A stretch of 16,909 nucleotides of DNA from Myxococcota bacterium (lineage in GTDB: Bacteria > Myxococcota > SpSt-1050), in contig JBMFOP010000052.1 in NCBI GenBank assembly GCA_049969675.1, forward strand, positions 1 to 16,909. Direction: 5' to 3'. A model generated the notes under the pieces. It was given only the letters and a program-made list of their open reading frames with translations, did not search any database and was not told where the DNA came from. How positions within the stretch are numbered: the first letter of the stretch is position 1; the number at the start of each line of letters is the position of its first letter. A program made the translations under genes and the position numbers. This document shows positions 1-8,819 of the stretch, piece after piece.

Positions 1-831
1 GATGATAATATTTTTATGTTTGAACCGTATCGTTGTGAATCAATCAAGACCCAGAAGGCTGTTGAAGTAAAGTATTTTACAATGGATGAAAGACGAGAAG
101 AGCTATATTATGCCGATTTTCAGAAAAAAAATCTTGTGAAATTGAGTATGAAAGATCTGTCAATTATAAAAGAAGCGGATATCTATGGAATCTCTCCACA
201 AATGGTATCCGATGAGAACTCTGACTATATATTTCTTATTTATGACCAGCCACTATGGATAGAAAAGAGAAGAAAATCAGATCTTATGGCAGAACTGAGA
301 CTGGATGTTCTAAGGTCTGATGTGTGTGGATTTGGTAGTATTGGAATCTCTCTCTCTTTAGGCGGAGGTCATAGTTTATTCGCCTCCTTTATTAATTGCA
401 AAAGAGGTATAATTGAGATAGATATATCCAATCTTTACCCTGTTAAATTATTAGAACCAGAAGATAAAATTAACTGGTATATTGCCACCTCACACATCAA
501 TAACTCCCTATATGTAGCATATCCGTCAAGAAATTATATTTCAGAATATGATTTAAAGAGTTTAACTCTCAAAAGACATATTAATGCTGGTTTTGGTATC
601 AGGTTTATCTTAGAATCTTATGATGGTAAATTGCTATATGCGGCTGATTATTTGACCGGGAAAATATATATAATTGATATTATAGGGAACAAAATACTTA
701 ATATTTATCAATTTGGCAGAAAGACCTATGCTATAGCAGAACATCCATTTACTCATAATATCTTTGTGGGTGGGCCTGCCGGTATCTGGGAAATAGAATT
801 TGAAGGCGATAATGAAAAGCAAAAACACTAA
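1..831 (+). CDS. YVTN/YncE-like beta-propeller protein, probably 5'-truncated by the window edge
   Basis: The frame is open from base 1 (GAT GAT AAT ATT TTT ATG), so ATG16 is probably internal. Repeated blade-like motifs: LYYADFQKKNLVKLSMKDL, LYVAYPSRNYISEYDLKSL, DGKLLYAADYLTGKIYIIDI, HNIFVGGPAGIWEIEF. Stop TAA at 829-831. Confidence 0.7.
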   Translation, partial: DDNIFMFEPYRCESIKTQKAVEVKYFTMDERREELYYADFQKKNLVKLSMKDLSIIKEADIYGISPQMVSDENSDYIFLIYDQPLWIEKRRKSDLMAELRLDVLRSDVCGFGSIGISLSLGGGHSLFASFINCKRGIIEIDISNLYPVKLLEPEDKINWYIATSHINNSLYVAYPSRNYISEYDLKSLTLKRHINAGFGIRFILESYDGKLLYAADYLTGKIYIIDIIGNKILNIYQFGRKTYAIAEHPFTHNIFVGGPAGIWEIEFEGDNEKQKH

Positions 832-2290
832 AATTGTATTTGTCAGACCTATAAGCCCTCTTGGATATTATGCCAGAGTAAATATGCAACATCCAATAAA
901 TTTATGCCTCCTCGGGGCTATCGTAAAAAATGCTGGTTTTGTACCATATATATATGACTTTGAAGTTGAGGGTAATGACGAGAGTAAGTTTATCAAATTT
1001 ATTATTGATAGAGAGATAGATGTTGTTGGGTTCTCCTGTACAACTCCACAGATAAAATTTGCAGACAGACTCTCCGGAAAAATAAAGAGATTAATGCCAG
1101 ATATAAAATGTGTTGTTGGCGGTGCCCATATATCTGCAATCCCAAAAGAGACATTTAATGAATTTCTAAATTTTGATGTCGGTTTTGTAGGTGAGGCAGA
1201 TAATAGTATTGTTGAATATTTAAAATGTTTGGAAAAAGGCGAAGAATTTTATAACATCGCAGGAATTGTTTTTAGAAGAGATAATGAAATCATTTTTAAC
1301 CAGAATCCAGAGAGAATAAGAGATCTGGGAGATGTATTCCCTGCCAGAGACCTTTTAAGCATGAATAAGTATATGCACCTAAATAAATTTAAAAATGTTG
1401 CTGCACCCGGTGTGTATAAACCAGATATCAGGGCTACCCAATTAATACTTTCTCGTGGATGTATCTTTAATTGTCTCTTCTGCTCAAATGTATCTAACTT
1501 TAATGAAAGGAAAAATATTCCAAAAATTGTTGTAAGAAATATCCAGTCTATAAAGGAAGAAATACTGGATTGTAAATATAGATTTGGGATAAACCACTTC
1601 TCCGTTCAGGACGAACTCTTTCCTGCAAATAGAGATTTGTTGCATGAATTCTGTCGTATAATGGAGCAGGAAAAACTGACTTTTAACTGTAATTCAAGAA
1701 CAGATATATTAAGACTGGAAGATTATTATTATATGAAAAGGGCTGGTTGTCTACAAATAGGATTTGGAGTGGAGTCTGGCAGCGAAAGGATATTGAGGCT
1801 TATAAACAAAAGGCAGACAATTGATAAAATTGCAAATGCCTTTGATATGGCTAAAAGGGCTGGGATAAGAACTGTTGGTTATTTCCTGATTGGTTCTCAT
1901 CCAGATGAAAATGAAGAGGATATTATTGAGACTATAAAATTCATTAAATATATAAAACCCGATTTGATTACCTGTACCCTTGCAGTGCCATATCCCGGCA
2001 CTCAACTTAGGAATATACTTAAAGAAAAGGGATTGATATTCTCAAATGATTGGGATAAGTATGCATATTATTCACCTGAGCCTGTATGGAGAACTTTTCA
2101 TTTCAGCAGTAATGACCTGTTGGAACAACAATATAGAGTATTAAGAAGCCTTTATTTATCACCCAAATATATTTTACAGAGGTTAAAAGTTTTAGCATCA
2201 CCTTCCGAATTATTGATGTTATCAGAAGGTGGTTTACGAATGATAAAATTTTTATATGGAAGGTACAGGAAGAAGAATATGCATAAATAG
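812..2290 (+). CDS. Cobalamin-dependent (class B-type) radical SAM enzyme #1, B12-binding + radical SAM domains
   Basis: N-terminal B12-binding Rossmann features (HPINLCLLGAIV, DVVGFSCTT, VVGGAHIS, GEAD). CxxxCxxC motif SRGCIFNCLFC (nt 1460-1483), then QDELF, GVESGS, YFLIG, PYPGT. ATG812 preferred over TTG800 because GAAGG lies upstream; 20-nt overlap with the previous gene. Confidence 0.9.
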   Translation: MKSKNTKIVFVRPISPLGYYARVNMQHPINLCLLGAIVKNAGFVPYIYDFEVEGNDESKFIKFIIDREIDVVGFSCTTPQIKFADRLSGKIKRLMPDIKCVVGGAHISAIPKETFNEFLNFDVGFVGEADNSIVEYLKCLEKGEEFYNIAGIVFRRDNEIIFNQNPERIRDLGDVFPARDLLSMNKYMHLNKFKNVAAPGVYKPDIRATQLILSRGCIFNCLFCSNVSNFNERKNIPKIVVRNIQSIKEEILDCKYRFGINHFSVQDELFPANRDLLHEFCRIMEQEKLTFNCNSRTDILRLEDYYYMKRAGCLQIGFGVESGSERILRLINKRQTIDKIANAFDMAKRAGIRTVGYFLIGSHPDENEEDIIETIKFIKYIKPDLITCTLAVPYPGTQLRNILKEKGLIFSNDWDKYAYYSPEPVWRTFHFSSNDLLEQQYRVLRSLYLSPKYILQRLKVLASPSELLMLSEGGLRMIKFLYGRYRKKNMHK

Positions 2291-3580
2291 ATGGAGTATT
2301 TAATGAAAATTCTAAATAAGAACATTGATAGACAATCATTACTCTTAAAGATACTCAATATGGAAGGAGAACCAGAAGATGGATATGGAGTATATTTTCA
2401 TATAAAAGGGAGAAAGATATTAGATTTATGGGGAGCCTATGGGGCAAATGCCCTTGGCTATAATAATGAGATGTTGTGTAATTCTCTCATGTCTTTTCTA
2501 AAAGAAAATAGACCAAATGTAGTCTTCCCTTTTGAAAGGGAGGTCACGAAGAGGCTTGAGAGTGAACTTGGCAGAGTAAGTGGCTCTATATATACAAAAT
2601 CTATATTTACAACAGGCGGCTCGGAATCTGTTGAGACAGCATTAAAGATTGCATCCACTATAAACAGAGATAAGTATTACTTTATAACATTTGAAAATTC
2701 TTTTCATGGCAAGAGTATAGGGTCTCTATCTGTAACAATGCAACCCGAGATCAGAAAGGATATCCCATTATTAAAAAATGTATTGTTTTCCCGATATAAT
2801 GATACCATTTCGTTTGAAAAGATTCTTGATAAAGAGAAGAAAAATGTTGCAGCAGTTATATTAGAACCGATACAGGCAAATGGGGGAATAATTGAGGGAA
2901 ACGAATCATTTTTAAGTAAAGTCTCTGAACTATGTAAGAGGCACAATATCATTTTGATTGACGATGAGGTCTCTACAGGTTTGGGTAGAACCGGTAAATG
3001 GTTTGCATTCCAACAGTATACAAAGTTTAATCCAGACATCATATGTATAGCAAAACATCTGGGAGGAGGGCTATTCCCTCTGGGTGCATCAATGATTTCA
3101 AAAGATATTTTAAGTAGATACAATTTAGATACAATTTCATTATCTTTTACATTTTCATCACAATCTATTGCCCATTATATTGGATGTAAAGTCATTGAAT
3201 TTATTGAATCAAACAATTTACTATCTAATGTTGAGAAAATCGGTAGCTATCTGATAGACGGGTTGAAGAGAATAAAAGAGAATTTTCCTGATAGGATTAT
3301 GGATGTAAGAGGCAGGGGATTGATTATTGGCATTGAACTTCACCCATTTATTTATAAAAAGTTACCCAATATTTATACCCTTGCAGTTATAAGGGAATTG
3401 TTTGTAAATCACAATATTCTTGTTGGCTTAACCTCCTCCAATCCCTCTGTTATCAGGTTACATCCACCATTTATAATAAACAGAGAGCAAGTAGATGAAT
3501 TTTTAAATGCACTTGCAAAGGTATTGAGCAAGAATCCCTTATCTCTGATAGGAAATTTAATAAAAAACGGGATATTATAG
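2291..3580 (+). CDS. Class III PLP-dependent aminotransferase (ArgD/PatA/HpnO-like fold; substrate unknown)
   Basis: LDLWGAYGANALGY, GSESVETALK, NSFHGK, LEPIQANGG, DDEVSTGLGRTG, PLP-Lys in DIICIAKHLGGG, DVRGRGLIIGIE, VIRLHPPFII. ATG abuts the previous TAG. Alternative start ATG2303 has GGAG at 2293-2296. Confidence 0.9.
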   Translation: MEYLMKILNKNIDRQSLLLKILNMEGEPEDGYGVYFHIKGRKILDLWGAYGANALGYNNEMLCNSLMSFLKENRPNVVFPFEREVTKRLESELGRVSGSIYTKSIFTTGGSESVETALKIASTINRDKYYFITFENSFHGKSIGSLSVTMQPEIRKDIPLLKNVLFSRYNDTISFEKILDKEKKNVAAVILEPIQANGGIIEGNESFLSKVSELCKRHNIILIDDEVSTGLGRTGKWFAFQQYTKFNPDIICIAKHLGGGLFPLGASMISKDILSRYNLDTISLSFTFSSQSIAHYIGCKVIEFIESNNLLSNVEKIGSYLIDGLKRIKENFPDRIMDVRGRGLIIGIELHPFIYKKLPNIYTLAVIRELFVNHNILVGLTSSNPSVIRLHPPFIINREQVDEFLNALAKVLSKNPLSLIGNLIKNGIL

Positions 3581-3590
3581 TGTTTTAATC

Positions 3591-4997
3591 ATGACTGAAA
3601 AGAAAGGTATTTTACTATTGATTCCATATTATAATATGTCTCGCATAATGAGGGTGTTGCCAGAGATGCCAGAGAGATTTGAGGGGAATATACAGATGTA
3701 CCCTTTTTTAGGGGTGTCATATATTGCCTCTTCTCTCATAAAGGCTGGATTTAATGTAGAACTCATTGACTCTACTGCCGAAAGAGTATCAATCCACGGG
3801 ATATTAGAAATTATAAAAGAAAAAAATCCCTTATTTGTAGGAATTTATGTAAATAGCTTTTTATTACACTCTACTTATTATATTATTAAAATGATAAGAG
3901 AGAATTTTAATGTTCCAATTGTCGTTGGAGGTCCTCACATCACATCTATAAAAGGATTTGAAGAGACCTTAGGTGCGGACTATGGCATTTATGGTTATGC
4001 AGAATCAGACATTGTTGAACTGGCAAACTTGATCAATGAGCAATCTGCAAATAATAGTTATAAGTTAAAAGATGAGGCTAATGATGTCTTTGATATTAAC
4101 TCTATTCCATTTCCATTCAGACCAAAGAAATTTAAAAAAATTTATTATTCCCCATTTTATAGAGGGCCAATAACTACAATGATAGCTTCAAGGGGGTGCC
4201 CATTTAAATGTAGATTTTGTGCGTCTTCCATTCTGGGAAGATATCAGAGAAGGGATGTAGAAAATGTTATAGAAGAGATAGAATGTGTAATTAAAGACGG
4301 ATATAAGGTAATTCAATTTCAGGATGATACATTTAATATTGATAAAAAATGGCTCCACAAATTATGTGAAAAAATAATAACTAAGGGTATTAATAGAAAA
4401 ATTATATGGGATTGTAATATAAGGCCAGACCTGATCGCCGCGGAGGATATCCATTTAATGAAACAGGCTGGATGTAGAATGATCAGGTTTGGTGTAGAAT
4501 CATTTAGCGACTACCTGAGAAATGATATATCAAAAAAGGGATTTACCATTGCACAAATAGAAGATGTAATAAATCTTGCTATTAGATATGGAGTAAAGAC
4601 ATTAGGCTATTTTATGATTGGACTGCCATTTGAAACAGAACAGGATATTCAAAAAACTATAAATTATATAAAATCTTCAAAATTTAATTATGTTGATATA
4701 TCTATTGCTACAATATTGCCTGGTACCGATTTTGAGAGAATGGCTATTGGACAAAATCTGATAAGCAGTATAGTATGGAACGAGGTAGCAATAAATGGGA
4801 GAGAGATGCCAGTCTTTACCAGTAGTTCTTCGCTGAATCAACTGAGAAATTTCCAGAAGAATGCATTATATGGATTTTATCTTAACCATAATTTCATTTT
4901 TCGTGAGATAATATCTTCTTCTTTAGAAAGAAGATTTTTAAACTCTTTGCGGACAGCCAGTACATTATTTCGCCATTATCTTTTTAATGATTTTTGA
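3591..4997 (+). CDS. Cobalamin-dependent radical SAM enzyme #2
   Basis: YPFLGVSYIASSL, IVVGGPHIT, SRGCPFKCRFC (nt 4197-4220), QDDTF, GVESFS, YFMIGLPFET, LPGT. Confidence 0.9.
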   Translation: MTEKKGILLLIPYYNMSRIMRVLPEMPERFEGNIQMYPFLGVSYIASSLIKAGFNVELIDSTAERVSIHGILEIIKEKNPLFVGIYVNSFLLHSTYYIIKMIRENFNVPIVVGGPHITSIKGFEETLGADYGIYGYAESDIVELANLINEQSANNSYKLKDEANDVFDINSIPFPFRPKKFKKIYYSPFYRGPITTMIASRGCPFKCRFCASSILGRYQRRDVENVIEEIECVIKDGYKVIQFQDDTFNIDKKWLHKLCEKIITKGINRKIIWDCNIRPDLIAAEDIHLMKQAGCRMIRFGVESFSDYLRNDISKKGFTIAQIEDVINLAIRYGVKTLGYFMIGLPFETEQDIQKTINYIKSSKFNYVDISIATILPGTDFERMAIGQNLISSIVWNEVAINGREMPVFTSSSSLNQLRNFQKNALYGFYLNHNFIFREIISSSLERRFLNSLRTASTLFRHYLFNDF

Positions 4998-6473
4998 TAG
5001 CATTATCTTTGGAATATTTTTATAGTAATTTTCTATATAAGAAAGCCAGGAGTAATCTGGAATTGAGATAATAGATAAAAGGTAAAATAGGTATCTTAAA
5101 CTGTATGGAAAATATATATCTTTCCTCAAGGCATTTATTAGCATTTTTGAAATATATTCTGGTAGAGAACCAGAGGAAAGTAATGCGATCTCAGCATTTT
5201 TCAGTGATATCTTATCTTGATACATATCACTTTTATGCCCCATCAGGTAATATGTCGTCTCACCAGAGTTTATCTTATTATTGATAATATCTTTCTCTTC
5301 GGCTTTGGTGACATATTCAATTATTTCTGTCTTTGGATATAAAGAGAGCCAATATACATTTACCATCTTTAATCTCTTAAATCTGGTATAGAAAATGGCG
5401 TTATCAAATAGTTCATTTGTATCTTCTTCCGGTAGCCCGATTATCTGGTCAGCACTATATGAAATTTTTGCCCTATCAAGGATAGTAAAACATCGCTCTA
5501 TATCTTCATTAGTCTCAAATCTCTTTAGATATTTTCTCTTAATTATGGGGTTTAATGTCTGTACCCCCAGTTGAACCCTATAACAACCGGCATTTTTTAA
5601 TGACCTTGCAATATCCTCATCAATAAATTTGGGATGTGTTATTATTGAGAATGGCTTTTTAATATTGGTTTTGTACTGTGATAGAAATTCAAGAACCCAT
5701 TTTTTATTGAATGTGAATATGTCATCATTGAAGTGAACAGTCTTATAATTATATAGCCTTTTTGCGGTTAATAACTCAGAGATTACACTTTCAATGCCTC
5801 TCTGCCTAATTTTATTGAAACCAAGTAATTTATGTAAATAATTATAACAACAATAACTGCAATTGTATGGACAACCCCTTGAACACATAGTTCTGTAAAT
5901 ATCTTTTGAGATGAAACCAGTTGAGTAAAACAACTCTTTGTCCAGAAAAGGTAGGTCATCAATATTGTGGATAGGTTCTGGATCAGGTCCTTTAATTATC
6001 TCGCCATTTTTGGTTTTAGACCATAGCCCCTCAATCTGTTGAAGTTTTTCATTATTGTTAATATTTGCTATTAGCTTCTGGATACTATACTCAGCCTCAC
6101 CCATAAGGAGAAAATCTACTGCACCTTCTTTAATTACAAATTCTGGAACAAGGGTTGGATGAATACCACCAAACAAAATTCTGATGTCCGGATTGATTGC
6201 TTTTATCCTCTCCGCGATTCTCAGATTCCATTTGTAGTTGTCAGTCATTGATGAAAAGCCAATTATATCGGGCTTATTTTCCAATGATTCTCTGATAACC
6301 TCGTCCTCACGAGATACCAATTTATAAAGAACTGGATAATGAACTGTATTAAAATCCGCAAAAAATGCCGGGTCAAAAGAGAGGGTTACATTATGACCAG
6401 AATTTTTTAACACAGATATCAGAGATTCCACACCGAGATTCTCTGCTCCCATACATATAAAGTGAATGCGCAT
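4965..6473 (-). CDS. Cobalamin-dependent radical SAM enzyme #3
   Basis: ENLGVESLISVLK, DIIGFSSMT, FGGIHPT, GEAE, SRGCPYNCSYC, NDDIF, GVQT, IIGLPEE. The likely start is ATG6473 (MRIHFIC...), 1 nt after the upstream TAG (6477-6475), rather than the ORF-track start at 6524. Confidence 0.9.
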   Translation of the reverse strand: MRIHFICMGAENLGVESLISVLKNSGHNVTLSFDPAFFADFNTVHYPVLYKLVSREDEVIRESLENKPDIIGFSSMTDNYKWNLRIAERIKAINPDIRILFGGIHPTLVPEFVIKEGAVDFLLMGEAEYSIQKLIANINNNEKLQQIEGLWSKTKNGEIIKGPDPEPIHNIDDLPFLDKELFYSTGFISKDIYRTMCSRGCPYNCSYCCYNYLHKLLGFNKIRQRGIESVISELLTAKRLYNYKTVHFNDDIFTFNKKWVLEFLSQYKTNIKKPFSIITHPKFIDEDIARSLKNAGCYRVQLGVQTLNPIIKRKYLKRFETNEDIERCFTILDRAKISYSADQIIGLPEEDTNELFDNAIFYTRFKRLKMVNVYWLSLYPKTEIIEYVTKAEEKDIINNKINSGETTYYLMGHKSDMYQDKISLKNAEIALLSSGSLPEYISKMLINALRKDIYFPYSLRYLFYLLSIISIPDYSWLSYIENYYKNIPKIMLSKIIKKIMAK

Positions 6474-6474
6474 T

Positions 6475-7896
6475 CTAATCTTTATACCTGTTAAAGATAA
6501 TTTTTGTAAATATCCCAAGTCCACCCAACAATGTGTGAATATCTGGAATAGCCTTAAAAATTCTCAGGGCCTGTTTTGGCCTTAAATAGAATGATAGTAT
6601 TGCCGATTTGTGTAGTTTATTCAGGGTCTCTGTCTTAACAGCACTGATATTTGTAATTGGTGAGTAATATCTAATATTGTCTGTATTGAGTGCCTCCAGC
6701 AATATCTGTCTTTTGACATCCTCTGGACACATCTCAAATAGTTCTGTCCCGAGGTGTGGGGCGACTTTAAAGAAGGAGGCTGTATGTATAGGAAGGCCCA
6801 TGGCAAAGGTTATGGTCTTTTTAACCTCCTCTTCGGTCTCTGTGGGAAATCCGAGCATAAAATATCCATGAAGTATTATTTTATGTTTTGAGAGCAACTC
6901 CACATTTTCTCTTAGCCTCTCAAGGTCAAGACGCTTTTTGATCAGTTTCTGGATCCTCTCAGAGGCGCTTTCAACAGCGATGGAAACATATGATGTATTA
7001 TGTTGCCCAAGAAATTCAATAAAGTCCTTACTCAGGATATCTGTCCTCAATCCATTGGGGAATAAAAATTTCTGTTGGGGGTCAATACTTAGAATGCCTT
7101 TCAATATCCTCTTTGCCCTTCCCTCGTCAATATTAAATATGTCATCGTATATCTCAATCTCCTTTGAAGAATACCTCTTTGTAAACTCCTGTACATAACT
7201 TATTATCTTATTCTCTGGAATAAACCTCACCCGCTTCCCAAATATCCCATGACAGTATACGCAGGAGTATGGACAGCCCCTTGATGTAATAAGGGGTAGA
7301 TATGGTCTTATCCCAGCAAGCTCAAAGCCCATATAATTGAAATAATCCCTTAGATTTATAGAATTAAGGTCTGGTAGAGGGATGTCCTCTTCTTTAAGGA
7401 TGGCATCCTCTATGGGATTGAAAATGACTTCACCGTCTTTTCTATAAATTAGGGAGGGTATAGAGGATAGACTGTTTTTCCCTTCTGTAATATTCTGGAT
7501 TAAGAGTGTAAGTGGAATCTCTCCTTCATTGGAGATGGCATAGTCTATATTTTTGTTTTTCAATATCTCCTTTTTGACAGAGGATATAACAGGTCCACCC
7601 ACAACGATAGGAACAGACGGGAATGACTCCTTCAATAGATTGCAGACTTGATTTATAAGGTAGTAATTTTTCATCATGCCGGAGATCCCAAATAATAGAG
7701 GTTCTCTCCCCTTATATTTTTTTGATACAGTACCCGGCACATCCTTATTAATAGCAAAGTCATATACATCAAAGTTGAGCCCTGATATTCTCTCTTTTAA
7801 GTAAGTTATGAGAGAAGCGATCCCGAGAGGTGGCACAATGTTTACTGGTTTATATGGTTCATAAATTCTTAAAAATACTATCCTGCCAGTATTCAT
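6475..7896 (-). CDS. Cobalamin-dependent radical SAM enzyme #4
   Basis: PPLGIASLITYL, VVGGPVIS, EGE, SRGCPYSCVYC, YDDIF, PNGLRTD, AVESAS, YFMLGFPTET, PHLGT, FYLRP. ATGA overlap with the upstream UbiA-family gene (7896-7893). Confidence 0.9.
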   Translation of the reverse strand: MNTGRIVFLRIYEPYKPVNIVPPLGIASLITYLKERISGLNFDVYDFAINKDVPGTVSKKYKGREPLLFGISGMMKNYYLINQVCNLLKESFPSVPIVVGGPVISSVKKEILKNKNIDYAISNEGEIPLTLLIQNITEGKNSLSSIPSLIYRKDGEVIFNPIEDAILKEEDIPLPDLNSINLRDYFNYMGFELAGIRPYLPLITSRGCPYSCVYCHGIFGKRVRFIPENKIISYVQEFTKRYSSKEIEIYDDIFNIDEGRAKRILKGILSIDPQQKFLFPNGLRTDILSKDFIEFLGQHNTSYVSIAVESASERIQKLIKKRLDLERLRENVELLSKHKIILHGYFMLGFPTETEEEVKKTITFAMGLPIHTASFFKVAPHLGTELFEMCPEDVKRQILLEALNTDNIRYYSPITNISAVKTETLNKLHKSAILSFYLRPKQALRIFKAIPDIHTLLGGLGIFTKIIFNRYKD

Positions 7897-8714
7897 AAAT
7901 AAATCACTTTAAAACAAAATATTGTATTAATCAAGACAATTAAAAATAGCCAACTGTCATTCAAAAGGATCTCAAATGGTGAAAGATGGTTATTTATTTT
8001 GATAAGATAATAGTAGAATCTCAATATACCAATCATATGAAAAAATACACTTAAAATAATGATAATAGGTAAATGTAGATTTATAAGAAACAGGAAGTTT
8101 AAGATTATACTCAAAGGGGAGAGGATAAGGTATATATTCATAACAGAGTGGCTCTCTATATCACGACTCTCTCGTTTTATCCTCTTTGCAAGTGCTACAA
8201 GAATCGCGATAGTGAATATCCACAATAACATATTTATATCTGGTTTATGGTGAATGCACTCAAAACCCGCAATAATTCTGAGAATAAAGCCAGTAGAGAC
8301 TGTAATAGCATCTATCAAAAAGAATTTTTTTAGCCTCCAACTATAAAGGATATTTATAAATATAAAAAGCAAAATCAGAAATAGTATCTTTGGAGATGGA
8401 CCAATGATGTTCAGAAAGACGAGGGTCACAGATAAAACAATTATAAGCATAATTGCTTCTGGAATCTTTAATTCACCATTTGGAATAGGCCTGAACCTCT
8501 TCCTCGGGTGTCTTTTATCCTCTTTCCTATCAAAGATATCATTTATGGTATATATTATAAACGCAGCAAATGTAAATTTTACAAAGACCCATAATAATTC
8601 ATATAATATGGTTTTATTAAAAATATACCCGTAATAAAACGCGGGAAGCAAAATTGCAAAGTTCTTCAATATATGCAGTGGCCTGATCTGTCTTATATAT
8701 ATAGAAAGTCTCAT
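7893..8714 (-). CDS. UbiA-family prenyltransferase, polyprenyl-phosphate phosphoribosyltransferase (DPPR synthase, mycobacterial Rv3806c-like)
   Basis: IRPLHILKN, NDIFDRKEDKRHPRKRFRPIPNG (NDxxDxxxDxxHPxKxxRP signature), YSWRLK, GFILRIIAG, LAKR, C-terminal PFEILLND, multiple hydrophobic TM segments. Confidence 0.8.
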   Translation of the reverse strand: MRLSIYIRQIRPLHILKNFAILLPAFYYGYIFNKTILYELLWVFVKFTFAAFIIYTINDIFDRKEDKRHPRKRFRPIPNGELKIPEAIMLIIVLSVTLVFLNIIGPSPKILFLILLFIFINILYSWRLKKFFLIDAITVSTGFILRIIAGFECIHHKPDINMLLWIFTIAILVALAKRIKRESRDIESHSVMNIYLILSPLSIILNFLFLINLHLPIIIILSVFFHMIGILRFYYYLIKINNHLSPFEILLNDSWLFLIVLINTIFCFKVIYL

Positions 8715-8749
8715 ATATAGGACATCCCTTTATCATTTATATACTGGTC

Positions 8750-8772
8750 TTGCAAATGAAAGTAATTTGCAA
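8750..8772. repeat. Perfect 8-bp inverted repeat TTGCAAAT-N7-ATTTGCAA in the divergent intergenic region (candidate operator)
   Basis: TTGCAAAT at 8750-8757, spacer GAAAGTA, ATTTGCAA at 8765-8772, read directly from the sequence. Function is inferred. Confidence 0.55.
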
Positions 8773-8794
8773 TTTTATAGTTATATGTTATACT
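8767..8794 (+). promoter_or_regulatory. Putative sigma70 promoter for the 8820 operon
   Basis: -35 TTGCAA (8767-8772), 16-nt spacer, extended -10 TG-T-TATACT (8786-8794). Confidence 0.55.
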
Positions 8795-8806
8795 CATCCT
8801 GCTTTA

Positions 8807-8815
8807 TAAGGAGGT
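8807..8815 (+). promoter_or_regulatory. Strong Shine-Dalgarno site
   Basis: TAAGGAGGT ending 4 nt before ATG8820. Confidence 0.85.
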
Positions 8816-8819
8816 CTGT

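Noticed and set aside
6474..6524. 17-aa N-terminal extension of rSAM #3 in the ORF track
   Set aside because: It overlaps the 3' end of rSAM #4 by 50 nt. ATG6473 gives tight coupling and an N-terminus matching rSAM #5.
8711..8725. Minus-strand mini-ORF ATG TCC TAT ATA TGA overlapping the UbiA start (ATGA)
   Set aside because: It has only four codons and no properly spaced RBS of its own, so it is easily explained by chance.
4953..8753. Invertible segment explaining the opposite orientation of the UbiA-rSAM-rSAM block
   Set aside because: Only a ~6-bp CCAGTA/TACTGG match flanks the block and there is no recombinase in the window, which is not significant.
8715..8819. Cobalamin riboswitch upstream of the B12-enzyme genes
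   Set aside because: The only intergenic region is 105 bp, very AT-rich and lacks B12-box features.
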